This document shows positions 8,515-17,858 of a DNA stretch of 38,637 nt, piece after piece; position 1 is the stretch's first letter; each line of letters starts with the position of its first letter. Source of the DNA: an uncultured candidatus Brocadiaceae bacterium (GTDB lineage: Bacteria; Planctomycetota; Brocadiia; SM23-32); assembly GCA_964644705.1 (NCBI GenBank), contig CAZXYF010000003.1, forward strand, positions 1-38,637, given 5' to 3'. A model generated the notes under the pieces. It searched no databases and was not told where the DNA came from. It was given only the letters and a program-made list of their open reading frames with translations. Both the position numbers and the translations under genes were made by a program.

Positions 8515-9002
8515 GCTGAACCCGGAATAATGTTCAGCTCCTAATCCAGCTCTTTATCATGCTTGCGGGGTAATATCGAACGTCACGAAATAGGCGGGCA
8601 TGGGGCAGGTCGGGCAGGGGAGGCCAGTGACGAGGGACGTGCGCTGACGGTACTTCGCGAAACCGGGGGTGATGTTTAAAAAAATCTGAGCCACACGGCC
8701 TCAGCACCACGTCGTCAATTCCACGTACGGCTTGAAAAGAAGAGTTGTTCCAGCTAAGGTATAACATGGCCATTATCAGCTTAATCAAAATGGTGTGGGC
8801 AATCGATCAATCTCACGCATTTACCGTCATTTTGGTGAGGAAGTATATTGTAGCGCGAGGCTTTTAACTATCCATGGATGAGTTATACACGGTGGCGGCG
8901 AGTTTGGCAGATGTCACCAGTTCCCGGGGGTAAAGGTACTGGAACTTGACGCAGCCGGAAAATAGAATTAGATGCCCATTGTCGTGAGCTCCGGGCAGTT
9001 CA
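8515..9002 (+). ncRNA. Putative large structured RNA / leader upstream of the ~640-aa gene
   Basis: Nested helices 8517-8526/8990-9002, 8583-8601/8972-8987, 8713-8728/8936-8951, 8759-8765/8882-8888 and 8785-8792/8828-8835. Confidence 0.45.
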
Positions 9003-9051
9003 ACAACGTTTGACAGCAGGCAATTGCATTTTGTTACGGCGGGAAGGCTAT

Positions 9052-10974
9052 ATGAAAATCAAAGAATATCAGGAGCACTTTTGGGTCGAATTTGATAATG
9101 CGGTTCGGGTGGAGATCTACACCGATGAGAAAAACTGTGGCGGGATAGGCCGAGTGAAGTGTGGCCGCACTGACCTGCGATGTGAAGAACTCCCAGTTTT
9201 GCCGTTGGTGACCACGGTCGATGGATACCAGGTGCAGAAAGTCGATATCGAGGACATTCGGGAGGAGGGGGACGACTGCGTAGTGGTTTCTTTACAGCCT
9301 TACCTGGCTACCTGTGGTCACGTTGATGTTGACTGCGGGGATGGACCGCAGTGGAACGTGGGGGAGTGGAACAAAACTCCCGAACGTGATCGCGGAGGAG
9401 AGCTTGAAATGACCCTCCAGGAAGTGAATCGCGAGGTCGCTGGGATGGAAATGAGGGGCTTTTCCTACGGATATAAATTTCGTTCCAGAAAATACCATCC
9501 AAAATTTATTCATTATCGGGGAACGTGGGAGCTGGCAGGCAGTGCGACCCGGAATGATCTGGTTGTCCCGTCTCAGGAGAAGTGTCCTCACAAGCATATA
9601 CAGAATAAAGACGATCAGTTCAGCAGCGTTGCACGGGCGGAAGATCAGCAAAAAGTCCGGTTTAAACCCCTTTTCAGTGAAATGCAGGGCTTTACTTATC
9701 AATACGATAACCACAATATTCTAATAACTGGATTTGAGAAACCAGTTGACTGCCAATCGGTGATCCAGAAGGAAGCGGGCGAAAACTACATTGTGCAGTG
9801 GCATCAGCTTCGTGACGGGAAATCGGCAAACGGGGGAGCCATGGAAGCACCGGCCCATCAGATTTTATGCGCTGACAATGAAGATAATGACCCGGCGGAG
9901 CGAACCAGCCAGTATCAGAGTGTGAAAGCCGAGCTGCACGAAGATTTAGGTGCTGCGGCGGAATTGCCCCCGGAAACGGCGTGCATCCCCGGTTTTCTCG
10001 AGCGCGAGATCTGGCATCGGCAAGATGAGGTCGAGCGGGGAATTGAAAAACTGGCCGAGGTGGGATGCCAGGAAATTGTGATTCCTGATTTAACCCATCA
10101 GGCGGATGGAAAACACCACCATGACGCGGGCATGGGATCGGAGCATATGGATGATCTTGCCAGTGAAGCCGTATCAAGCATTCACAAGCGGGATCTGTAT
10201 GCCGGGATGAAAGTCGATGCATCTGGGCTGGTCGCTGACCTGCGGGATGAAAATGACAATGTGGCACCGGAAGCGGTGTCGGATTGGGTGGAGGAACTCG
10301 TGGATCAACTCGATCTGGATTCGCTCTATCTTGCAATGAATGCGAATGATTCGCTGGTGCAGGAAGCAATGAATTCTGAGATGAGTGCACCAATTCCCTT
10401 TGGTGTGGAAGTGGCGTTTCACCAGGCGGTCACAAAAGCCGGACTCAGGACCGGGAGTTCAGGTTTTGGTCCGTTCGGCCCCGCCATCCGAGAGGTGTCT
10501 TTTGAAGGTCTGAGGAATAATGAATGGGCATATACAAATGCCATGATGAGATTTCCGTATGTTGATGTTATTGAAGGTCAGGGCAATCCGAAGGATGCAT
10601 ATTTCCGTGGCCTGGGTAATGGGATATGTTATGGGGTGTCTTTTGGCTCTGAAGACGGCGAACGCCCCGCACTGCCGGATTGGCTGGAGATGGATTTCTA
10701 CGCATTCAATACAGCATACGCTGCGGTGAGCGAATACATGATCCATTCTCGCCAGCTGGAGGAGGGACGCGGAGTGTTATGGCGAGAATCTGATTTGGAA
10801 GACGCAGTGAAGGTCCTGTGGGCGAATGAAAAATTTGAACTTGAAGCGGACGAGGACGCCCATATTTACGACGTTATGAAGGCTGAACCCGTCAGTTTGG
10901 GAGAGGACCTGACCTTCGAAACGAAAGAAAAAACGGTTTACATGCTGGAGGGAGACGTTTCGGTTTCTGAATGA
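9052..10974 (+). CDS. Large acidic hypothetical protein, possibly a glycoside-hydrolase-like fold
   Basis: Long ORF; likely start ATG 9052 after GGAAGG. The fold guess (beta N-terminus, then alpha/beta) is inference only. Confidence 0.75.
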   Translation: MKIKEYQEHFWVEFDNAVRVEIYTDEKNCGGIGRVKCGRTDLRCEELPVLPLVTTVDGYQVQKVDIEDIREEGDDCVVVSLQPYLATCGHVDVDCGDGPQWNVGEWNKTPERDRGGELEMTLQEVNREVAGMEMRGFSYGYKFRSRKYHPKFIHYRGTWELAGSATRNDLVVPSQEKCPHKHIQNKDDQFSSVARAEDQQKVRFKPLFSEMQGFTYQYDNHNILITGFEKPVDCQSVIQKEAGENYIVQWHQLRDGKSANGGAMEAPAHQILCADNEDNDPAERTSQYQSVKAELHEDLGAAAELPPETACIPGFLEREIWHRQDEVERGIEKLAEVGCQEIVIPDLTHQADGKHHHDAGMGSEHMDDLASEAVSSIHKRDLYAGMKVDASGLVADLRDENDNVAPEAVSDWVEELVDQLDLDSLYLAMNANDSLVQEAMNSEMSAPIPFGVEVAFHQAVTKAGLRTGSSGFGPFGPAIREVSFEGLRNNEWAYTNAMMRFPYVDVIEGQGNPKDAYFRGLGNGICYGVSFGSEDGERPALPDWLEMDFYAFNTAYAAVSEYMIHSRQLEEGRGVLWRESDLEDAVKVLWANEKFELEADEDAHIYDVMKAEPVSLGEDLTFETKEKTVYMLEGDVSVSE

Positions 10975-11026
10975 TAGGGATCCGGGAAGGAAACTGCAGG
11001 CGCCTGCTCATGTCTTTGCAGGCAGA

Positions 11027-11920
11027 TCATGCCCGAGGGTGAGCGTCGTCGTAGATTTCTTTGAGATCACGTGTCGTTAAATGCGTGTAGATCTGGGTTG
11101 TGCTCAGGTTCTCGTGCCCCAGCAGTTCCTGAACGGATCGGAGGTCCGCCCCGTTCTGCAACATGTGGGTTGCAAAGCTATGGCGGAGGTCATGGGGGCT
11201 GAGGCTGCTATCCAGCCCCGCCTCCTGGAGCCGCTTGCGGAGGACCCGTCGCACACTACGTGCTGTAATCCGGCGTCCATCCACAGCATTGAGAAAGAGT
11301 GCTTGAGGATCCTTCTGGCTCAACTCGACGTCTGCCCGCATGGTTTTGTACTTCTGTATGGCATCGGCCGCGCTCCGCCCCAGAGGCACAAGTCTTTGTT
11401 TCTTTCCCTTCCCTTCTACATGGGCGAGCCCCCGCGGCAGTTCGACATCGTCATTATCCAGACCCACAAGCTCGCTTACGCGGAGCCCTCCGCCATACAA
11501 GCTCTCCAGTATGGCCCGATCCCGTGCGCCCATCCATTCGGACGTATCAGGAGCCTCCATCAGGGTGTCAATTTCTGAGACGGTGAGGAATTCTGGCAGT
11601 TTCTGTTCCTGTTTGGGGGTTCGTAATGATCCCGCCGGATTGTCAGAGATTACCCCGTTTCGATAAAGAAATTTGTAAAAGGAACGGATAGCTGAAAGTT
11701 TACGGGCGATCGTACTGCGGGCCAGCCCCTGTGCGCGCAGGACGGCCAGAAAGCCTCTCAGATCGCGCACGGATGCTCCGTCCAGGTCGCAGTCACGTTC
11801 CTCCATAAATTCGAGGAAGGCATTGAGATCGGTCGAATAGCTCCGGAGTGTGTGGTCAGAATACTGTTTCTCGACCTTCATGCGGTGGATGAAATCATCG
11901 ATGAGCGCGGTGTTGTCCAT
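11027..11920 (-). CDS. xerC: Tyrosine recombinase XerC
   Basis: RDRAILESLYGGGLRVSEL, GKGKKQR, SPHDLRHSFATHML..GADLRSVQELLGH, TTQIYTH and terminal HPRA. Confidence 0.92.
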   Translation of the reverse strand: MDNTALIDDFIHRMKVEKQYSDHTLRSYSTDLNAFLEFMEERDCDLDGASVRDLRGFLAVLRAQGLARSTIARKLSAIRSFYKFLYRNGVISDNPAGSLRTPKQEQKLPEFLTVSEIDTLMEAPDTSEWMGARDRAILESLYGGGLRVSELVGLDNDDVELPRGLAHVEGKGKKQRLVPLGRSAADAIQKYKTMRADVELSQKDPQALFLNAVDGRRITARSVRRVLRKRLQEAGLDSSLSPHDLRHSFATHMLQNGADLRSVQELLGHENLSTTQIYTHLTTRDLKEIYDDAHPRA

Positions 11921-12272
11921 AGAGAAACCTCGTATGCGTATTCGGGAGCGCGCCGGAGTCCTTCCGATACCGGTGATGCCTGATTATAACCGATCTGAGG
12001 GGGCAAATGTCAGGCCCGTCCAAACATCGATTCGGGATGTATTGATTTTTATCCCCGCCACCTCGGGGCTACGTTCCGCGGAACTAAACCAAACACCGAT
12101 TTACCTTCGCCCCCCCAGGCGGGACTGCATAAGAGGCAGCTGAATCAAATGGCAGATTGGCAAAACATCTGCCGCTGTTGCCGACTCCCGGAAACCGCAT
12201 CTTGCATCTGAAAAATCCGAAAAGATTGGTGCAAGACCGGTTTGTGCAGATACGGGCGAACCGTTCCCACGA

Positions 12273-12301
12273 TTGACAGAACCCATCCATACAGGTAGCA
12301 T
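12273..12301 (+). promoter_or_regulatory. Sigma70 promoter of tRNA-Ser
   Basis: TTGACA, 17-nt spacer, TAGCAT, ending 14 nt before the tRNA. Confidence 0.7.
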
Positions 12302-12315
12302 GAGCGTTCCCCCGC

Positions 12316-12409
<94 letters not shown>

Positions 12410-12424
12410 TTTACGTCCCGGTAT

Positions 12425-12452
12425 TTGACAGGCTTTTTTGAACGGTTATTAT
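12425..12452 (+). promoter_or_regulatory. Putative sigma70 promoter of the Rrf2 cluster
   Basis: TTGACA, 16-nt spacer, TATTAT. Confidence 0.6.
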
Positions 12453-12499
12453 GTACACTAAATAGGTGATGTTTCTCTTCTTTACTGCGTTGCAATGTT

Positions 12500-12928
12500 A
12501 TGGGTTTTACCAGTCGCAGCCATTATGGGACGCGAGCAATGCTGGAGCTGGCACTCCGGGAGGGGGAAGGTCCCGTCCAGCTGGAAAAACTCTCCCGGGT
12601 TCAGGGCATTCCCGAACGGTACCTGTCGAAGCTGGTCCAGGAACTGCGACGGGCCGGTTTCATCCGGAGCGTTCGCGGTGCCCACGGCGGATATCTGCTG
12701 GCAAAGTCTGCTGAGGATATCTATATTCTGGATATCGTTGGATGTTTGGATGGAAGTGTCGCTCCGACAGAGTGTGTGGAGTCGCCTGAGCTGTGTGAGA
12801 ACACGTCCAGTTGCGTGGCCCGCGAAGTTTGGGCAGACGTGAACGATGCCATCAAAGACGTCCTCGGTAACGTGACGTTGCGTGATCTTGTGGAAGAAGT
12901 TGAGAAAAGGGACCGCGAGGAAGAGTGA
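12500..12928 (+). CDS. iscR: Rrf2 family transcriptional regulator (IscR/CymR-like, 3-Cys Fe-S motif)
   Basis: YGTRAMLELA, SVRGAHGGYLLAK and CVESPELCENTSSC; upstream of iscS/iscU. Confidence 0.85.
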   Translation: MGFTSRSHYGTRAMLELALREGEGPVQLEKLSRVQGIPERYLSKLVQELRRAGFIRSVRGAHGGYLLAKSAEDIYILDIVGCLDGSVAPTECVESPELCENTSSCVAREVWADVNDAIKDVLGNVTLRDLVEEVEKRDREEE

Positions 12929-13085
12929 TGAAGTTTCAGCGTATTGCCCCGTGTGACGGAAATTATGATGGCCAGGATAGCGATCATTGTGTGCTCAACA
13001 TGTTTGACTGAATATTTTGCCCGGCAGGCGGGCCGTCCCCCGTCTGGACGTGGGTGAAACCGAATTGTTTCTCGGAGGTTACAGT

Positions 13086-13889
13086 ATGTCGTCTGAGAAG
13101 GTTTTTGCCGGAGGTGGAGAAAACGAAGTTACTCGTGCCATTGTTTCCCGTTTTGCTGATGAATTGGTTGAATACACCGAAAGCGATTGTTTGGTCGTCG
13201 GCGGTGGCCCCAGCGGTTTGATGTTGGCGAAGGAAGTGGCATCGGCCGGGCTAAAAACGCTGGTTCTGGAGCGAAATAACTACTTGGGAGGCGGATTCTG
13301 GGTGGGGGGATACTTTATGAATAAGTTGACCGTTCGGGCGCCGGCACATGAAGAGCTGGACGAGCTCGACATCCCCTACGAGGAGGTTAGTGAGGGGCTC
13401 GTTGTGGCCGATGCCCCGCATTGTTGCTCCAGCCTCATCAAAGCGGCCTGCGATGCCGGAGCGAAAATCCTGAATATGACCAATTTTGATGATGTTGTCC
13501 TGCGAGAAGGGGAACGTGTTGCGGGGGCTGTCATTAACTGGTCAGCGCAATCCCATCTGCCAAAACAGGTCAGCTGTGTGGACCCTCTGGCTATAACCGC
13601 AGAGACGGTTGTGGACGCGACGGGCCACGATGCGTGCGTGCTCAATTCATTGCAGGAAAAAGAGTTGTTCGAAACCCGTGGATGCGGAGCCATGTGGATA
13701 GAACGTTCCGAAGACCTCGTGGTTGAACATACGGAGGAAATGTATCCGGGCCTCGTCGTCACAGGCATGGCGGTGAGTGCGGCCCATGGTCTCCCGCGGA
13801 TGGGACCCACGTTTGGTTCCATGTTGCTCTCGGGGAAAAAGGGCGCTGAGATCGTGTTGGAGAAACATCAAGCTCAGGCGGATGAATAA
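13086..13889 (+). CDS. thi4: Thiazole synthase Thi4 (Cys-type active site)
   Basis: VVGGGPSG, ERNNYLGGGFWVGG, SCVDP, DATGHDA and PRMGPTFGSMLLSG motifs; GGAGG RBS before ATG 13086. Confidence 0.95.
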   Translation: MSSEKVFAGGGENEVTRAIVSRFADELVEYTESDCLVVGGGPSGLMLAKEVASAGLKTLVLERNNYLGGGFWVGGYFMNKLTVRAPAHEELDELDIPYEEVSEGLVVADAPHCCSSLIKAACDAGAKILNMTNFDDVVLREGERVAGAVINWSAQSHLPKQVSCVDPLAITAETVVDATGHDACVLNSLQEKELFETRGCGAMWIERSEDLVVEHTEEMYPGLVVTGMAVSAAHGLPRMGPTFGSMLLSGKKGAEIVLEKHQAQADE

Positions 13890-14062
13890 ATCGTTAGCAG
13901 AAGTCGTCTTCCGAACGCTGTGTGATTGTTTGGAAACCGGATCTCTCCCTTTCGGTGGGGGAATTCACCGCTGATTACAAAGCGAAGAAAATGGATGAAT
14001 TAATATCATAGCATCGGATATCGCAGCGGGCCCAAGCTGAGTCAAATGGAAAGGATACAGCG

Positions 14063-15235
14063 ATGACCCACGAGATATACATGGATCACAGTGCAACAAC
14101 GCCCACGCGACCGGAAGTAGTGGAAGCGATGCAGCCGTACTACACCGATACGTTCGGGAATGCATCAAGTGTTCACGCTTTCGGCCGGGAGGCGCGCGGG
14201 GCACTGGAAGAGGCGCGGAGAACGGTGGCGGCTCAGATTGGCGCTGATGAAGGAAGCATCATTTTCACCAGCGGCGGGACCGAAAGTGATAATCTGGCGC
14301 TGAAGGGTACCGCGTGGGCGCACGGCAGTGGTAGTGGCCATATTATCACTTCCTCTATCGAACATCATGCCGTTTTGAATACCTGTGGCTGGCTCGAAGA
14401 TACCGGATTCGATGTGACACGTTTGCCCGTGGATGAAAATGGACTGGTCTCAACCGAGGACCTTCGGGACGCATTACGTCCCGAAACCATACTCGTCAGT
14501 ATAATGCTGGCCAATAATGAAGTGGGGGTCATTCAACCCATCCGGGAGTTGGCCGAGATCACTCATGAAGCCGATGCTCTGTTTCACACCGACGCCGTAC
14601 AGGCCGTTGGGAAGATACCGGTCGACGTTGGCGATCTCGGAGTGGATCTGTTGGCCATTTCCGGGCACAAACTGTATGGGCCCAAAGGAGTTGGGGTGCT
14701 CTACAGACGGGAAGGAACCCGTTTGGAGGCGCTTCAGCATGGCGGTCACCACGAGGGTAATCTGCGCGCCGGCACGGAAAACGTTCCTGGGGCGGTCGGT
14801 CTTGCTGAAGCGATGCGCCTTGCGTGTGATGAACGCGAGGAAGAGATGGATCGACTCTCACTCTTGCGAGATCGTCTGCAGAGTGGCATCATGGAAGAAA
14901 TCGATGATGTCATTTTGAATGGACATGCCAGCAAACGCCTCCCCCATTTACTCAACGTGAGCATTCTGGGCGTCGAGGGGGAATCGCTGCTTCTCAGCCT
15001 GGATGCGGAGGGAGTGGGGGTTTCTACTGGATCTGCATGCACCAGTGGTTCTCTGGAACCTTCGCATGTTCTGACAGCGATGGACATACCGGCGGAAGTG
15101 GCACATGGGAGCCTTCGTTTTTCACTTGGCCGAATCAACGACGAGAAAGATGTGGATTACGTTGTCGAGACACTTCCAGAGATCGTAGAAAGATTACGCG
15201 GCATGTCGCCGACTTACCATAAGAGGACCCAGTGA
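14063..15235 (+). CDS. iscS: Cysteine desulfurase (IscS/NifS)
   Basis: YMDHSATTP, FTSGGTESDN, HTDAVQ, SGHKLYGPKG (PLP Lys) and GSACTSGSLEPSHVL. Confidence 0.96.
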   Translation: MTHEIYMDHSATTPTRPEVVEAMQPYYTDTFGNASSVHAFGREARGALEEARRTVAAQIGADEGSIIFTSGGTESDNLALKGTAWAHGSGSGHIITSSIEHHAVLNTCGWLEDTGFDVTRLPVDENGLVSTEDLRDALRPETILVSIMLANNEVGVIQPIRELAEITHEADALFHTDAVQAVGKIPVDVGDLGVDLLAISGHKLYGPKGVGVLYRREGTRLEALQHGGHHEGNLRAGTENVPGAVGLAEAMRLACDEREEEMDRLSLLRDRLQSGIMEEIDDVILNGHASKRLPHLLNVSILGVEGESLLLSLDAEGVGVSTGSACTSGSLEPSHVLTAMDIPAEVAHGSLRFSLGRINDEKDVDYVVETLPEIVERLRGMSPTYHKRTQ

Positions 15236-16152
15236 TGTCTACAAAGTCCATAGAAGAACGTATTGCCGACTGGAAAGAGCGCCGTAATGCCGTCCTGCTG
15301 GTACACAATTATCAGCGGCCGGAGCTTCAGGTGGTTGCGGATTATCTCGGCGATTCTCTCGGTTTGAGTCAGGAAGCGGCCCGCACCGATTCGGATGTTA
15401 TTGTGTTCTGCGGTGTGCATTTCATGGCGGAAACCGCGTCTATTCTGTCGCCGGATAAGAAGGTGTTGATACCGGATGAAAAATCGGGGTGTCCGATGGC
15501 CAACATGATTACGGCCGAACAGCTCCGATCCATGAAACAGCAGCATCCCGAGGCGGTCGTCGTCTGTTATGTAAACAGCACCGCGGAGGTGAAAGCGGAG
15601 AGCGACCTGTGTTGCACATCAGCAAACGCGGCAAAGGTCGTTGAAACGATTGATCCGGAACGTCCCATTATATTTGTGCCCGATAAGTATTTGGGAGCCT
15701 GGACGGCGAAGCAAACGGGGCGCGACATTATTCTGTGGGAGGGATATTGTCCCACCCATGCGTCAATCACACCATCGGATGTGGATGCGGCCCGTCAGGA
15801 GCATCCGGAGGCTCTTGTGATGGTGCATCCGGAATGTTTGCCCGAGGTGTCGGAGATGGCAGATGCGGTGGAGTCCACGAGCGGCATGTGCCGCCTGGCC
15901 GCCGAGAGTGACGCGGATGAAATTCTCGTGGGCACTGAGATCGGTTTGATTGAACGATTGCGTCGCGAAAATCCTGAAAAGAACTTCTATCCGGTGACCT
16001 CCGCTGCGGTATGCCCCAACATGAAACTCCACACGCTCGAAAAAGTGCTCTGGTCACTGCAGGAATTGGAAACGGTTGTGGACGTTCCTGAGGAAACGGC
16101 TGAGCAGGCTAAACAGGCAATTGACGGTATGATTTCAGTTGGACGATCTTAG
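15232..16152 (+). CDS. nadA: Quinolinate synthase A
   Basis: HNYQ, GDSLGL, FCGVHFMAETA, GCPMA, YVNS, CTSANA, HPEC and CPNMK motifs. Confidence 0.97.
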   Translation: MMSTKSIEERIADWKERRNAVLLVHNYQRPELQVVADYLGDSLGLSQEAARTDSDVIVFCGVHFMAETASILSPDKKVLIPDEKSGCPMANMITAEQLRSMKQQHPEAVVVCYVNSTAEVKAESDLCCTSANAAKVVETIDPERPIIFVPDKYLGAWTAKQTGRDIILWEGYCPTHASITPSDVDAARQEHPEALVMVHPECLPEVSEMADAVESTSGMCRLAAESDADEILVGTEIGLIERLRRENPEKNFYPVTSAAVCPNMKLHTLEKVLWSLQELETVVDVPEETAEQAKQAIDGMISVGRS

Positions 16153-16272
16153 GAATGGCCGACCCGGAATTGTTCCGGCCTGGTCCGCGTATCCTACGTT
16201 TTCTGCGGGGGAACGCGGGCAAACCCAAGAAGCAAGTTTTAGATAAAACACTCCATCAGACTGGAGACAACA

Positions 16273-16641
16273 ATGTACAGTGACAAAGTGATGGAACATT
16301 TTAGTGATCCGCAAAATGTTGGGGAGATTGAGGCCCCAGACGGAGTTGGGGAAGTTGGAAACCCCACGTGCGGTGATGTGATGAAAATCACAATATCTGT
16401 GGACGATGACCGCATTGCCGATATAGCTTTCAAAACCCTGGGCTGTGCCGCGGCCATCGCTACCAGCAGCATTACCACGGAGATGGCTAAAGGGAAGAGC
16501 CTCGATGAAGCGATGGAGATCAGTCGCGAAAAAGTGGCCGACGAGCTGGGGGGGCTCCCACAGAGTAAGATGCACTGTTCCAACCTCGCCGCCGACGGAT
16601 TGCATAAAGCCATCGAGGATTATCGTTCCCGCCAGGATTGA
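16273..16641 (+). CDS. iscU: Fe-S scaffold protein IscU/NifU
   Basis: YSDKVMEHF, GNPTCGDVM, FKTLGCAAAIA and LGGLP..KMHCSNL. Confidence 0.96.
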   Translation: MYSDKVMEHFSDPQNVGEIEAPDGVGEVGNPTCGDVMKITISVDDDRIADIAFKTLGCAAAIATSSITTEMAKGKSLDEAMEISREKVADELGGLPQSKMHCSNLAADGLHKAIEDYRSRQD

Positions 16642-16778
16642 CGATCGAATTGCCGACAGCCCTCAGTTCTGCCATCCACGTGGTTTGACACTCCCTGCGT
16701 CGTTGTGTACCGTTCGAGTGTTCTACGCTGGATCCGTACATAGTGTGTCCTTGAGAATTATGATTCGGGAGTTAATCG

Positions 16779-17762
16779 ATGGATGTGAACGAGGTTGATG
16801 TGGGGGAAGTCGTTTCGGCTGTATTCCTCGTCTCCGAGGCGGAGCTGGGGACGGACAAGCGCGGGGGCAAGTACTACAGCCTCGTGGTCAACTGCGAGGG
16901 CGGTCAACAGGTCGATGCCAAGGTGTGGAGCGATAGTATCGATGCGGAAATTGAGGCGGGGGATGCCATCGATGCGCTGGCTCGTGTCGATGAGTACAAA
17001 GGGAACAAACAGTTCAATGTCCAGCGATATGACCTTATACCGTCCGATGAGTTTGATCCTTCTCCCTACGTCCGAACCACCGATGTTGACGTTGAGGGGG
17101 CCTTTGAAACACTGTTCGACTGGGAACGGGAGGAATTCAAGAATCCGCTGTTGAAACGACTGATGACGGAACTCTACACCACTGAGAGTTTCGCCAAGCA
17201 GTTCAAGTCGAGTCCCGCAGCCAGCAGACACCATCACAATTACAGGGGCGGGCTCGTCGAACACACCTATGAAATGTGGGAAATCGCGGAACGGTTGTGT
17301 AACCAGTATCGCGAAGAGGTTGATCGCGACATGCTTTTGGCCGGAACGGCGTTACATGATATCGGCAAAATCAAATGTTATGAACTCACGTCGGGGGTGA
17401 GCACAGTAACGGATTTCGGGGACCTGCTGGATCACATTTTTATCAGCGCCTCCATGGTCAGCAATCTGTGGGACAAAATTATGACCGATGATATTGTGGG
17501 GGATCGGACAGAGGAGGCTTCGCGGCAAAAAGCGATGTTGTTGCATATGATACTGAGCCACCACGGGAAAAAAGACTGGGGCTCACCGGTGCTCCCCAAA
17601 ACCTCCGAGGCCATTCTCCTCCACTTCTGTGACCGAATAAGCGCCACGATGCGAAGCTGTTTCGATGCGATTGATGAAGCCGGGGAAGGAGAGGACCGGA
17701 CCGACTGGCTCAACATTATGGATGCAGGACGGAAATTGTTCGTGCCGGTTGATGAGGAATAG
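16779..17762 (+). CDS. yhaM: YhaM-family 3'-5' exoribonuclease (OB fold + HD domain)
   Basis: N-terminal OB fold, PAASRHHHNYRGGLVEHT, LHDIGK, ILSHHG and GSPVLPKTSEA. Confidence 0.88.
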   Translation: MDVNEVDVGEVVSAVFLVSEAELGTDKRGGKYYSLVVNCEGGQQVDAKVWSDSIDAEIEAGDAIDALARVDEYKGNKQFNVQRYDLIPSDEFDPSPYVRTTDVDVEGAFETLFDWEREEFKNPLLKRLMTELYTTESFAKQFKSSPAASRHHHNYRGGLVEHTYEMWEIAERLCNQYREEVDRDMLLAGTALHDIGKIKCYELTSGVSTVTDFGDLLDHIFISASMVSNLWDKIMTDDIVGDRTEEASRQKAMLLHMILSHHGKKDWGSPVLPKTSEAILLHFCDRISATMRSCFDAIDEAGEGEDRTDWLNIMDAGRKLFVPVDEE

Positions 17763-17858
17763 TAAGTTGATATGTGAGGGGCGTGCACCTTTCTGGTTGT
17801 AGGTGTGGTACAGCGAGGTGCATCACAATCGTGTATCTGACTACCTGAGGAAAACCGT

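Noticed and set aside
10977-11025. SRP RNA-like GGAAGGAA (also at 38204-38225)
   Set aside because: Lacks the CAGG..GGAA..AGCAG symmetric-loop context; only short hairpins are present.
12453-12472. Rrf2/IscR operator
   Set aside because: Only a weak imperfect dyad (cactaaataggtg); not supportable.
12929-13085. TPP riboswitch upstream of thi4
   Set aside because: The GCTGAGA and CCTGA...TAATGC core motifs are absent.
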